Assembly (NCBI RefSeq): GCF_009914755.1
Contig: NC_060929.1
From: the human T2T-CHM13v2.0 reference genome, Homo sapiens
Length of the DNA: 64,000 nt
Direction: 5' to 3' (one strand)
Shown: positions 1 to 14,885 of the stretch, one piece after another
How positions within the stretch are numbered: position 1 is the first letter of the stretch
How the letters are laid out: each line of letters opens with the position of its first letter
Notes under the pieces: model-generated
The model's database searches: none
Seen by the model: only the letters and a program-made list of their open reading frames with translations
Told to the model about the DNA's origin: nothing
Program-made: the position numbers and the translations under genes

Positions 1-1282
1 TATTTTATTAATAAAATAAATTTTACTTCACTTAAATGAAAAGATAATATGTACCTCGTTAGAATTTATCTTCAAAAAATACACTAAATCTCAGATTTAT
101 TTCAAACATCTGTAGAGAACTAAAGATCACAATTCCTTGATATTTCATAGACTCACATAATAGTTAAGTGAAAGGATAGATTTTTAGCACAATCCCTTTT
201 GAATATGTGAAGAAATGAAGATTGAATTTTTGCCCCTGGCTTTATTCCTGATCATCAGGTCAATCCCCTTTTCTTCAAAATAAATAGTTTCTTTCACTCT
301 GGAGCTTGTGAAAACATGTGAATTCTTAATTTCTCCTAAATATATGTTAAATATAGTGTTGTTTATTTTGAAGTGATTTTAGTGTTTCTAAATATAGATG
401 CCCTTCAGTTCTTTAAATATTATAAAAAATAATAAATTTTCAACACAAAGACTATCAAATAATTTAGCCAAGTTATTTTTATAAGTCAAGTAGAAGTCAC
501 TAAGAGGTTACCAAAAGTAATCTCAGGAGTACAGACCAGTTACCATCAGTAAGGGAAACAGTGTGTGTAAGCTAGACTCCAATAAATCACCATGTAATGC
601 CAGCTGTCTTTACTTTTGAAACTTTTTTTTTTCCTTTCTAACAGGTTCTACTACATCATAGATGCAAGGTCTGGGAGTCTTTAGATAGGAAACTAGAGTC
701 AATAAAATTGATCATTTTCACCCATGCAATCTTTCAATCCACAAAGGGAGGAAAATATTTTGTTTTCTTTTTAGTTCTATTTGTATGAACACCCAATTGC
801 TCTTCTCTGCTTTTCCCAATGAAGTTATCTTATAGTAACAGCAAATTCTACAAGATTTGAACTTCAATAGTCTTACAAAAATGAGAAAATACCTACCATC
901 CAGTTAGCAACAAAATTCGTTATTTATTACTATTTATTTCAAACTCTACAACTCAACAACAGATTCCTGTTGTTGACTCATGAGGATTTTTCTGGACTGC
1001 TAAGGTGAACCTTAGAAACAGAAGGCCTGCATGACTTCAAGGAACATTTTATACATAAAATAATATTAAACTACAGAATTTATTTTGTCAACATACATTT
1101 AGTTATATACACAATGTGTGTTTATTAATAAATTTATTGAATGAATCAATAATTTAAAAACATTGACCTGTTAACAAATGAAGTAAAGTATTTTTTATCA
1201 ATTTATATCAGTAATCTTTTATATATATTTAAAGGTTTTACAGAATTTGGTTGTTTTCAAGGTTAATAGTTCTGAAGATATA

Positions 1283-2056
<774 letters not shown>

Positions 2057-2479
2057 TGTGTCTTCAGAGGCATAAGAGAGAAATAACCTTTTTTTTTTTT
2101 TTTTTTTTTTTGTATTCTGTCTTCTCTGACCAGGTTTGAGGTGAACTAATTGAAACTGATAGGCTTCAAACTACAGTTCCATTGGTAGTAATGAAAGTTG
2201 GGTCGTACGAAAGCAAGAAAAACAAACAAACATATGTTTTCCTTTTTTAGAGGAACCAATTGTGTGCCTGCAACAGAAACCTTTCCAACTGATTTTCCCT
2301 CATTCTACTTCTTCTAAAATTTGTAATACTTAATATATAGTGATACATGATACATCTACACATAATCTTACTGGTCAAAAGTTGTTTCTTACTTTAGATA
2401 TTATAACATAATAATATTGAATGTTAATAGCTAATAGCAAATTTGACCCTTCCGTATTGAACCATAAAGAAGAAAATCA

Positions 2480-2567
2480 ATATATATATTGATATATAAA
2501 TACACATATGTACATGTATGTATACACATATACACACAACATATTTATACATATATATTTATATATA
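2480..2567. repeat. (TA/CA)n low-complexity repeat
   Basis: tatatatattgatatataaatacacatatgtacatgtatgtatacacatatac... Confidence 0.8.
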
Positions 2568-5500
2568 AGCACAGAAATGATCACTAAGGAGTCTGTCATA
2601 CCTGAGATATATGGAGATCCCTGGGAACAAAGAAGTGTGTAAGCTGACAGCCTCAGTCACACAGTGGTTGCCACCACAGTCCCTAGAACTCACCTTTGCA
2701 GAAGACACTGCCTGCTTTCATCACTGAGACAACCATCTCCATCATAGAGTCCCCTGAGAAGGAAACAGTGCTGTGTTCTCTCCACTGAAAAAAGAACTGC
2801 TGTCGTGGCAACTCAGGGGCAGAAACTAATACCCCTCTCAACCCTGCATGCACCCCAGTCCCAGGGCTATATTCACCCTGTGGGAGCCCACACCCCAGAC
2901 ACTTGTCCGTAGATGTTCTGTGCTTGCCTACATTCAAAACCACAGGTCTGTGGCCACATTGCATGAACTCATACTTCAAACAAAGAAGCCACCACTGATA
3001 GGGCTAACACTTTCCCAGGCCTTGGGACCCCAGTTGCTCTGTGCACCCACACTATGGAGAGCAGTTTTACAACCTTTCTGTGAGTGTCTGCGCTGCTAAC
3101 AATTGAGCTATCATCACAAGAAGCTAGTCCCTGGAGCCACCGTAGCTCCTCATGTGCCTGCACTGCATATATTGGCTCTGGAGATGGACTGTGAGCACCA
3201 TACCTCAGATGCCAGAGTCATTGCTGCTATGGGCTAGTTCATCTCCCTGGCTTCAAGTCACTGTAACTCAGCGCATGCTCACACTTTCGATTCTGGCTTC
3301 CCAGATGCTCCACAAGCACTTGTGCTTCACACATTGTTACCAGTGTCACAGCAGGTGTGTCTGTCACAAACACTGGTGTCACCACCACCCTGGACCTAGA
3401 AACTTGGTCTCTTCAGGCCTTTTAGGTCCCTTCAGACCTGTGCTTCAGGCCTCAGGTCTGTGGCCACTCCAAGGACGTTGTGCATTAGACACTGTTGCCA
3501 GTGTTCCTGGGAACACAACCACAAGCTAGACCCAACGCGAAGAGACTCCTTTAGCCATGACTTCCCAATGGAAGAAAAAAAGACTATAAAAGCCTTTGTT
3601 ATTGGTGCAGATAGCCACAGCCTTGGCTGTTAAAGATCCCTGGGGTTTTTGCTGACACCAACATCAGCTGATAAGCTTCACAGAGACTATGACCACTGCA
3701 TTCTCATCAGAGCCAGAACATCTGCACCCATCCTAGACAGTGCCATCACTTATACCTGTAGGGAAGGACTTTCCAGTGTAAAATCAATCCATAAAGTTGG
3801 CAAGGGGTGAAATGTACATACATTAATGAAAGGTAACAAGAACTATAGAAGACCAAGGAATCAACACCACAAAAAGAACACAATAATTTTCCTGTGATTT
3901 ACACCAAAGAAATTAAGATATGTGAATTGTCAGACAAATAATTCAAAATAATTGTTTTAAGGAGTTCAGCACACTTCAAGTCAACACAAACTGACAATTA
4001 AACAACATCCAGAAAATGTTTAACAGAGAGATTGGCATTATACAAAAAGAACCAAACAGTAATTATGAAGCTGAAGAATACAATGAATAAAATGAAAAAG
4101 AGTCAGTCAGCAGCAGAATTGATCGAGTGGGCGAAAGAACCTGTTAACTTAAAGACAATTACTTAAAAGTACACAGTCAGAGGGAAAAAAGGAATGGAAA
4201 GAAGTGAAGAAAGCCTATGAGATTTATGGGACAGCAAGAGAGCTACCATTTACATTATAGAATTTTAAAAAGAAGGAGAGAATAGATGGAATGGACGGAA
4301 TGTATATTTAAGGAGATATTGACTTAAAGCATTTCATGTCTGCAAAAAGATATAAATACCTAGCCAGAGGAGGTTTAAATGTCTCAATCATGTACAATCC
4401 AAAGAATGCTATACCAAGACATATTACAGTCAAACTATCAAAAATCAAAGACAAAGAAATAATATTGAAAGCAGCAAGAGAAAAACAGTTATTCACATAT
4501 AAGAGATCCTCTATAAGGCAACCAGTGGATTTATCAGCAGAAACTTTGCAGGCCAGAAAACAGTGGGATTATCTAATTGAAGTGATGAAAGGGAACAAGA
4601 ATGTGGTTATTTTGCCAAGAAAGAATACTTTAACTCACAAAGATGTCCTTCTGAAATGAAGGAGAAAAAAAGTCTTTCCCAGACAAATAAAGCTGAGGAA
4701 GGTCATCATCACTGGATATGCCTTTCAAGAAATGCTAATGGGACTTTTTCAAGGTGAAAAAAAATGGATGATAATTAGTAACATGAAAGTACAATACTCA
4801 CTAGTAAGTACAACAAAAGACATACAGTGACTGAATGGATGTATAAAAATAAAAAAAAAAAAGACCCAAATATATACTGCTTACAAAAGTCTCACTTTAC
4901 CCATAAGGAACACATAGACTGGAAATGAAGGGATGGAAAAAGATATTTCATGCAAATGGAAGCCAAAATATTGTAGGGGAAGTTATTTATATCTGACAAT
5001 GTAGACTTTAGATCAAAAACTGTAAAGAAACAAGGAAAATAATTATGTAAAAATAAAGGGGTTAATTCATGAACAGGATATAACAAATGTAAATATATAT
5101 GCACCCAATATTGGAGCAGCTAAATATATAAAACAAATATTAACAGATACAATGGGAGAGAGAAGTGAAATACAATTATAGTAGGAATTTTCGTACGCAT
5201 TTTAAAGAGCGATAGATCATCCAGACAGAAAATCAATAAGAAAATAGTGGACTCAAATTACACTTTAGAACAAATAGACCTAACAGACATATACACAACA
5301 TTCTATCCAACAGCAGTAGAATACACATTCTTCTCAAGTATAATGGAATATTCTCCAGGATAGATTGAATATTAGACTACAAAATCAGTCAACAAATTTA
5401 AGAAGATTGAAATCATATCAAGTATTTTTTCTGACACAGAGGTATGAAAGTAGAAATAAACAAAAGGATATAATTTTATAAAATTTACAAATATGTGGAA

Positions 5501-5652
5501 ATTAAACTATAAACTCCTGAACAACCAGTAGGTCAAAGAAGAAAGTAAAAGAAAAATTTTAAAGTATCTTGAGGTCAACAAAAAAGGAAATGAACATACT
5601 GAAACATAGGATGCAGCAAAAGCCATTCTAAAGGGGAGGTTTATAACAATAA

Positions 5653-5972
<320 letters not shown>

Positions 5973-8593
5973 TTACATTAAAAAAGTAGAGAGCTCTCAA
6001 ATAACCTGATGGTACAATTCAAGAAACTAGAAAAGGAAGAACAAAGTAAACCCAGAGTTAGTAGAAGGAAAAAAATAACAATTATCAGTGCAAAAGTAAG
6101 TGAAACACAGACTGGAAAGATAATAAAATTAAAAGTTTATTTTTTGAAAAAATAAACAATACTGAAAAACCCTTAGCTAGACTACTAAGAAATAAAAAGA
6201 GAAGACCCAAAGAAATAAAATCAGAAATCAAAAAGATGACACTACAATTGATACCACAGAAATATAAAGAACCATAAAAGTCTTGTATGAACCATTATAT
6301 ACCAACAAATTGGATAATATAGAAGAAAGGCATAAAGTTGTAGAAAGATATAACTTACCAAGACTGAATCATTAAGAAATAAAAAAGATGAACAGAGCAA
6401 TAACAAGTAACTAGGCTAAGTCAGCAATAAAAATCTTCCATCAAAGTAAATTCTAGGACCCTGATGCCTTCATTACTGAATTCTATGAAACAATTAAGAA
6501 TTAATATCAGTCCTTCTCAAACTCATCCAAAAAATTGAATAGGAGGGAACACTTTCTAACTCATCTTGTGAGACCAGAATTTCCCTAATATGAAAGCCAG
6601 ACAAGGACATTGCAAGAAAAAAATCAACTATTACAGGCCAATCAATATCCCTGATGAACATAGTTCTAAAACTTGCCCACAAAATACTAACAAACTGAAT
6701 TCAAAAACACGTTAAAACATCTTTCAACATCAAGTAGGATTTATCACTAGAATGCAAGGATGTTCCCATTTATGTAAATCAGTAAATGTGATACATCACA
6801 TTAAGAGAACAAAGAACAAAACCAAAATGATCATCTTACTACATGCAGAAAAAGCATTTGACAACATTTAGCGTTTTTTCATGATAAGAAACTCTCAGCA
6901 AATTAGGTGTAGAAGTAATCTATCTCAACATAATAAAGGCCGTATATTATAAACCCAAAGTTAACATCACACTCAAAGGTGAAAAGTTGAATTCTTTTTC
7001 TAAGATTAGAAACTAGACAAGAGTACTCGCTCACGCCACTTCTATTCAGCGTATTACTGAATGTCCTAGCCAGAGCAATCAAGCAAGAAAAGGAAATAAA
7101 GGGCATCCAGGTTGGAAAGGAAGCAGTTAAATTGTCCTTGTTTGCAGATAACATGATCTTATACAGAAAACCCTAAAGACACCACCAAAAAAACTGTTAG
7201 AACTAATAAATTCAGTAAAGGTAGAGGATATAAAATTGACATAAAAGTTTCAGTAGTGTTTCTGTACACTAACAACAAACTATCTGAAAAAGATATCAAA
7301 AAAGCAATCCCATTTACAGTAGTATTTAAAAAATCTTAGGAAAAAATTTTAACCAAGGAGGTGAAAGATCTATACACTGAAAACTATAAAACACTGATAG
7401 AAGAAAATGAAGAAAACACAAATAAATGGAAAGAGATCTCATGTTCATGAGTTGGAAAATTAATATTGTTAAAATGCCATAAATACTCAAAGTAATCTGC
7501 AGAGTCAATGTAATCCTTATTAAAATTCAGTTTTTTCACAGAAATAGAAAAAACCTAAATTCTAAAATTGTATGAAACCATAAACACTCTAAATAGGGAA
7601 ATCACTGTTGAATAAATAGAAAAAAGCTAAAGACATCATACTACCTGATCTCAAAATTTACTACAAAATTATAAAAATGTAAGCAACATTCTACTGACAA
7701 AATGCAGTTATATAGACCAATATGAGAGGAGAAGCCTCTTAAATAAATCCACTTATTTATGGTAAGTGGATTTATTTGATAAAGTTACCAAAAATCTACA
7801 GTAGGGAAAGGACAGTCCTTTATCTCCACCATTTACAAAAATCAACCCCAAATGGACAAGACTTAAACCTAAGACCTGAAACTATGAAATCACTAATGGA
7901 ATACAGGAAGACTTCCAGAACATTGGTCTGAGTAATATTTTGGGGGGAGGCATGACCCAAAAATCACAGGTAACAAAAGCAAAAATAGTCCAATGGAATT
8001 AAATAAAACTTAAAACTCAAAAGCTCTGTACAGCAAAGGAAACAGCAGAGTGAAGAGACAATCTAGGGAACTGAAGAATGTATTTGCAAATCACACTCTA
8101 ATAGCAAATAAAACTCCCAAATGCCCTGATTAAAAAATAGGCAAAGAATCAGAATAGATATTTCTCAAAAGAAGACCCACAGATGGCCAACAGATATATA
8201 AAAATATATTTAACATCATTATTTATCAGAGAAATGCAAATTAAAACCACAAAGAGATATCACCTCACACCTGTTAGAATGGCTATTATCAAAAAGATGA
8301 AAGAAAACAAGTATTGATGTAGAAGTGAAGAAAAGAGAAACCTTGTATACTGTTCTTGGGATTGCAAATTAGTACAGCATTTATGGAAAGCAGTATAAAG
8401 CTTCTTCAAGACATTAAAACTGGAACTACAATATGATCCAGAAATCCTACTGCTGAGTATATGTTCAAAGGAAAATAAATCCATTTGCTGAAGAAATATC
8501 TTCATTTCCATGTTCATTGCAGCATTATTCACAATAGCCAATTTATAAAATCAACCTGTGTCCATCAACAAATGAATGGAAAAAGAAAATGTG

Positions 8594-8595
<2 letters not shown>

Positions 8596-8625
<30 letters not shown>
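8596..8625. repeat. (AC)n microsatellite within L1
   Basis: ~15 uninterrupted AC units. Confidence 0.95.
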
Positions 8626-8627
<2 letters not shown>

Positions 8628-10169
8628 AATGGAATTAAAAGAGAAAGAAACCTTGTTATTTGCAACAGCATGGAGAAACCTGAAGGACATTATGCTATGT
8701 AAATAAGCCAGGAACAGAAAGACATACTGCCTGATCTCACTTACACGTGGAATATAAAAAAGTTGAATTCATACAGGCGGCAGACACAATGGTGCTAAAT
8801 GATGAAAACACATGGATACAGAAGGGTGGTTGTTGGATCTTGGGGATGGGAGTGGAAATACAGAGATTTTGGTCAAAGGGTAAACATCTTCAGTCAGATA
8901 GGAGGAATATGTTCTGGATATCTATGGTATCGCATGGTGAGTAGATTTAATAACAATGCATTGTATTCTTGAAAATTGGTAAATAAGTAGATCTTGAATG
9001 TTCTCACAGCAAAAAAAGATAAATATGTAAGGTTATGGTTATGTCCCTTAGCTTGATTTAAATTTGATTTAATCTTTCATATGTATACATATACCAAAGC
9101 ACCACCAAAAATATATGGATTTTTAGATTTATTAATTGTCTTAATAAAAGAAAAAAAACATGGATGTATAAAAAATAAAGAATACCTAAGAGAGTTAAAT
9201 TCCCAATAAGTACTAGGAGCTGTTATTAGGAAAAGCTTGATACTTGAACTTATAAAATCAGAGATAAAATAACAGAAAGTAAAGATTGAAATTCATCATT
9301 GCTCTCTGAGTTCTTAGTATATCAAGACTTCTCATTTACAGCAGCATATTTCTCAAATTTCAATCTGTTAAATTTTGTCACCCTCCATGAAACATTTTAC
9401 ATTAAAGTAATACTAGACCATTTTAAGCAGAAGAGAAATTCCTTTTATGTTGCACCTGAATTGTGCCTATGAAAAAGAAAAAAAAAATTTATAGAAATAA
9501 AGATCCTTTGTTTTCAGTGTGTAATATTAGAAAAAGTTGGCTTTTGAGCCAGAGAAGCAGATATGTCTATAATAGACATCATTGTATCCCTAAGCCTTTT
9601 GGCCACACACAGTTGCAATCTTTTGAGCAAACAGTAGAAAATTTAGAATAAAGTATTATCACCTGTGTTTATTTCTAACCTACCTTATTCAAAAACAGAA
9701 TATATTCACTTTTAACAAAAATAGAAGGCTGTCACTTGTAGAATGTGTGCTGTTCTGACTGATGAGAACTGTCTCTCACCAGAGGACACTTGCAACTTAC
9801 TTGAAAGAGTAAAACATTTTTGATAATCTTCTATCACAGTTTATGTCATAATTGAAGACTCAACTTGTAACATAGTCATCCGTGGCCATTGTGTTCATTC
9901 TCTGCAATATATTTTCGTTATTTTGCTCTTTTTTATTTTTGGTGTTCAAAATCAAGCTCACTGAAAAATTGCACATATTCGCCACTCCACTTTTTTTCTC
10001 CAGACTTTTCTCTTTCTTGGGTTTCCCCCTAATGTTCTGTCTTCTTTGCAGATGTTTCTTTCCGCATTTTAAATGCTGAGATTTCCCAGAGCTAATTTCA
10101 TCTCTTCATGTCTTCGTGCTACTAAATGTGATCCATATATTGCAGGGGGTACTCACACAGAATTTGCAT

Positions 10170-10372
10170 AAGATAGACCGGAACTTGAAGTTCTGCCATT
10201 TACCACTCAACTTTGCAACTTTGGGAAACACACTTTATATCCATGTCCATCTGAGAATTCATCCCTCAAATGGGAAAATAGAGTTTAACATCTGAATCCA
10301 TTTGGTAGATTAAAAGAAATAATAAATATAAAATAATTAGCACAGCATAGTACCCAGAAAGCAATACTAATG
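10170..10372 (+). mobile_element. MIR relic
   Basis: tctgccatttacc...ctttgggaaac...aaatgggaaaatag...gattaaaagaaataataaatataaaataattagcacag, matching the MIR core and 3' layout. Confidence 0.65.
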
Positions 10373-10384
10373 ACCACCATAACT

Positions 10385-10850
10385 CCCAATTCTCTATCCC
10401 AAGCTTGACTTCCTACACACACATTTGTCAACTACAACCTGATGTCTCATAGAATCTCTAACTCAGCAAGTTCAGAACTAAATTCATAATAATTCATCTG
10501 TTTCTAGCTCTTTCTCCTCCCTTCCTTCTACAGTGATACAGGGTCCTCTCTAAACATTCTGAGTCATGGGTTATTTGAGTGAGTGAGAATATAAGCCAAA
10601 TTAAAGAAGCAAAAATGCAACACATTCTAGAATCTTTCTCCCTAAAGCTATAGCTAGTCATTACTATAATATTAAAGGTCCTGCCCTCTTAAGATGTTAT
10701 ATATTGAATCATTTTCTATCCCCGTTGTCACTATAGTGTCATAATTCAGGCTTATATTTTACCTGGTCTCAAAAATTACAATACATTCTTATCTATCTAG
10801 AGACGCATTCACACATGCACTAAGATAGATTTTTCCAACATATAAATAAT
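10385..10850 (+). mobile_element. L2 relic
   Basis: cccaattctctatcccaagc...gatgtctcatagaatctctaaactcagcaagttcagaactaaattcat, L2 ORF2-derived motif. Confidence 0.5.
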
Positions 10851-11689
10851 TACATTATCTAATTTCACTTATAGCAAAAATTTTACTTATACTTTGGCTT
10901 ATAGCAAAAATTTCCTGATTTTTTGTATATTATAGCAATATGAAATCTTACCAAATTTGGAAGGAATTTTTATATGTCTTTATCATTTTTACATGATGTT
11001 AATTTTAAAGCCAGTATCTTATATGAGCATGTTACAAAATACTATTATATGGCTTCTTAATTCTATATTGTAATACTATTATAATATGTAAAAACATTTA
11101 AATTTTTTATTTTAACATTTGATGTATACTATTTAATTTTCTTTAATGTTTTTATGTAAGTAAAAGCAAACTTTTTATACTTAGTATATAAACCAAATGC
11201 AAATAAAAATGGAGATTGTATTTCAGATATATGACTTGGAAAAATAGATTATAAAACCCTGCTTTTCAGAACTGAAATTGAAAATTACAACTGTCATTTA
11301 AAATCAGTCTGTTTCTTTATTAAAATGCTATGACAAAATATCCAAATAGATAAAGTTTCAGGCCATTCTTCGAAAGCATATTTCCCATAAACCACATCTA
11401 AAACTAATTATTTTGAAATGTTAATTATCCCAATAAATGAAAGTTAAGTGGTTTATAATATCATTATATTCCTCCTACAAACGTGTTTTAAGCAATAAGG
11501 AAAACAATGTACTATATGAGATTTTTTTCAAAAACAGAATGCACATTTTGAATTTACACAAACTTATACTGAGGAAAGTGTGACAAAATATTTTAAATAA
11601 TTATTTTAATTTGTCATTCAAGTTTTCATTTTAAGATATATGGATTTAGAATTTATTTTATTTTATTTTTTAGCATTCATCGGTACATT

Positions 11690-12895
11690 TTATGTATTTT
11701 TTTAACCTTTAAGTTCAGGGTTACATGTGCAGGTTTGTTATATAGGTAAACTTGTGTAATGGGGGTTTGTTGTACAGATTATTTCATCACCCAGATATTA
11801 AACCTAGTACCCATTAGTTATTTTTCCTGACTCTCTCCCTCCTCCCACCCTTCACTTTCCAACAGACCCCAGCATGTGTTGTTACCCTCTATGTATCCTT
11901 GGGTTTTCATTATTTAGCTCCCACTTGTAAGTGAGAACATGCAGTATTTGGTTTTCTCTTCCTACATTAGTTTGCTAAGGATAATGGCCTCCAGCTCCAT
12001 CCATGTCCCTGCAAAGGATGTGATCTCATTATTTTTTTATGACTGGATAATATTTCATGGTTTATGTGTATCCCATTTTCTTTATCTACTGATCACTGAT
12101 GGACATTATGTTGATTCCGTGTCTTTGCTATTGTGAATAGGGCTGCAATGAACATACAAGTGCATGTGTCTTTATAATGGAACAATTTATGATGTGATCT
12201 CATTATTTTTTTATGACTGGATAGTATTTCATGGTTTATGTGTATCCCATTTACTTTATCTACTGATCACTGATGGGTATTATGTTGATTCTGTGTCTTT
12301 GCTATTGTGAATAGGGCTGCAATGAACATACAAGTGCATGTGTCTTTATAATGGAACAATTTATATTCCTTTGGGTACATACCTAGTAATGGGATTGCTG
12401 GGTCGAATGGTATTTCTGCCTTTAGGTCTCTGAGGAATTGCCACAGTGTCTTCCACAATGGTTGACCTAAGTTACACTCCCACCAAAAGTGTATAAGCAT
12501 TCCTTTTTCTCCACAACATCGACAGGATCTGTTATTTTTTGACTTTTTAATAATAGCCATTCTGACTGCTGTGAGATTTGCATTTCTCTAATGATTAGTG
12601 ATCTTGAGCTTTTTTTTTCATATGACTGTTGGCTTCATGCGTGTCTTCTTTTGAAAATTATCTGTTCATGTCCTTTGTCTACTTTTTAATGGAGTTGTTT
12701 GTCTTTTCTTGTAAATTTCTTTAAGTTCCTTATAGATACTGGATATTAGACCTTTGTTAGATGCATAGTTTGCAAAAATTTTCCCCCATTCCGTAAGTTG
12801 GCTCTGTTGATTGTTTCTTTTGCTATTCATAACCTCTTCAATCAGATCCCATTTGTCAATTTTTGATTTTGTTGCAATTGCTTTCTGCATTTCAT
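11690..12895 (-). mobile_element. 5'-truncated L1PA (older, L1PA13-16-like), 3' end
   Basis: aagttcagggttacatgtgcaggtttgttatataggtaaac...tttcatcacccag...acctagtacccattagtta; minus-strand ORF2 C-terminal remnant 12267-12560 ([19 protein letters not shown]). Confidence 0.92.
12017..12364. repeat. 174-bp tandem duplication inside the L1
   Basis: 12017-12190 repeated at 12191-12364; I count 5 substitutions. Confidence 0.95.
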
Positions 12896-13184
12896 AGAGA
12901 AATGTATTATATTTGTCAAATGGGCTATTAGAAATATAGTATTGGACTTCAGGACAATGATTACTGGAGACAAAGTTTTGAGGTTTCTCTGCCAAGAGAT
13001 ACGAAGGGAAGTCACAGGAAAATAAAACAAAGCAATGTACTACATAAAGAAAAAGTAGAAAATGAATGCGATCATTAATTATGTTTTTGTTCTAGCCATG
13101 CATTCAACAAATGTTTGCTAAAAGCCTTATTAGGTCTAAGAGAAATAGCCACGAACATGAATAAAACCATACAGTTGATTTAAA

Positions 13185-13320
13185 ATAGTTTTAATTTACC
13201 AGCAAAAATTGTATATATTTATGATGTGTGACATGACGTCTTGACATATGTGTATATTATGGCATGGTGAAATTAAGGTATTTAATGTTTATGCAACACC
13301 TCACATGCTTATTTATACTT
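13185..13320 (-). mobile_element. L1MA 3'-end fragment
   Basis: aaaaattgtatatatttatgatgtgtgacatgacgtcttgacatatgtgtatattatgg...cacctcacatgcttattt, reverse complement of an L1MA terminus. Confidence 0.7.
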
Positions 13321-14224
13321 TGAGAAGTAGCAGCAACCTGTCTGAAAATAAATATCTAAATTATAAATAGGAAAATCAACCAGATTATTGTATATATTTA
13401 TGTAATATTAATACCTTTCCTAAAATGCCCCTATAAAGACATGGGTCCCAGGCACTAAACCAACTATAGACCCATAGAAGACAATCAGTTCTGTTGCCAT
13501 CTTTGGTACCTTGAAACTGTTTTTTTGATACATGCAGAAACTTCTAAATTGGGTTTTATAGATACTGAATAGCAGTTCTTCATCCATGGGCAACCCACTT
13601 ATGCATTCTTTGGACTGTATCTGTGGATCTGACTGTTCATAAAAAGCTTTTGGCTTTGTCAGAGCATCAAGTGTTGATTTAATATGAAATTTCACCCACA
13701 AAATCTACATAGGAACCAAGGGTTTCAACTTCGTCACACATGTCAGCCAAGTGAGCCTAGAAGGAGCTGTTCACAGAGATTTAGATAGATAATTCCAGTT
13801 TTTGAAAGGCCAATGACCAGAACAATATAGTACAATCCATTGGCTCCTGACTAGGGATATGTTTCAATAATTTTAACACTTTAGGATGCGTATACATGCT
13901 ATGAAAATGATTTTCAATTCTTTGTGCCCCTACAAGGCTGATTCGTCATTTGCAAAGATCTGGGAAGCAATATTAGCAAAGCAATCCATGAGCTTGGCAA
14001 CATTTCTGAGGATGACTACAAAGTTCCTAGGATATCAAGAGGTAGCAATAATGATCCCTGCCAGTGCTGTACTGGGAGACTAGCCAATATCAAGGGAAGT
14101 AATGGCAAGTTGTGGATCCACGCTTTGTCCTATCCTGCGTGTTCCACATCTATTCATATTGAAGTTTTCATTTTCTGGCCACCCCATTCATTCCATTCCA
14201 TTGTAGCCTTTCTGGCCACTGTGG

Positions 14225-14527
14225 TATCTCTACTTAAATACCACTTGTAAGTGCACCCATTCCTGACAATTCTCTATTAGTAAGCAATGTATCTTTCTTA
14301 TTACATCCTAATTCTGTCTCTTGCTTTATTTTTATCTTTGGTGTTCATTATCCTGTGATATGTAATGCATTTACATATGTATTTTTAAAATGTATTGTCT
14401 GTCTTCAACTGGAATATAACCTCCTTGAGAATATCTTTTTAATTTTTCATTATTATGATCCTGGTTTCTAGATCAGCACTTGCATTAAGTAAGTGCTTAT
14501 ACTTGTTGAATACATGAGTAAGTGAAC
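14225..14527 (+). mobile_element. L2 3' end
   Basis: ttgtctgtcttcaactggaatataacctccttgag...gtaagtgcttatacttgttgaatacatgagtaagtgaa. Confidence 0.7.
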
Positions 14528-14617
14528 ACAAAAGTTGGGAGGCATCTTGTTATCTTAAGACCCCACATAGCTCATAACTGAAATGATTTTGACACATTTT
14601 ATTAATCTTATAAAAAG

Positions 14618-14885
14618 GCCTGTAATCCCAGCTCTTTGGGAGGCCGAGACGAGAGGATCGCTTGTTCCCAGGAGTTCAAGACTAGCCTGGGCAACATAGG
14701 AAGATGCCAGCTCTATAAAAAATTTAAATAATTAGCTGGGTATGGTGGCATGTGCCTTTAGTCCCAGCTACTCAGGAGGCTGAGGTGGGAGGATCGCTTA
14801 AGTCTAGGAGGTTGTGGCTTCAGTGAGCCATGATTGCACCACTTCAGACCAGCCTCGGTGATAGAATGAGATAATATCTAAAAAT
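14618..14885 (+). mobile_element. AluJ
   Basis: ggatcgcttgttcccaggagttcaagactagcctgggcaacatagg...gaggtgggaggatcgctt...catgattgcacc (AluJ diagnostics); 5' end slightly shortened. Confidence 0.92.

Noticed and set aside
2089-2135. Poly-T plus CAG acceptor-like sites (also ~54748 and ~55780)
   Set aside because: Common by-products of T-runs; no matching donor or open exon identified.
2683-3529. Cluster of overlapping ORFs in a GC-richer block
   Set aside because: Lies in the 5'UTR-like part of the old L1; no recognisable protein and CpG-depleted, so not a gene or CpG island.
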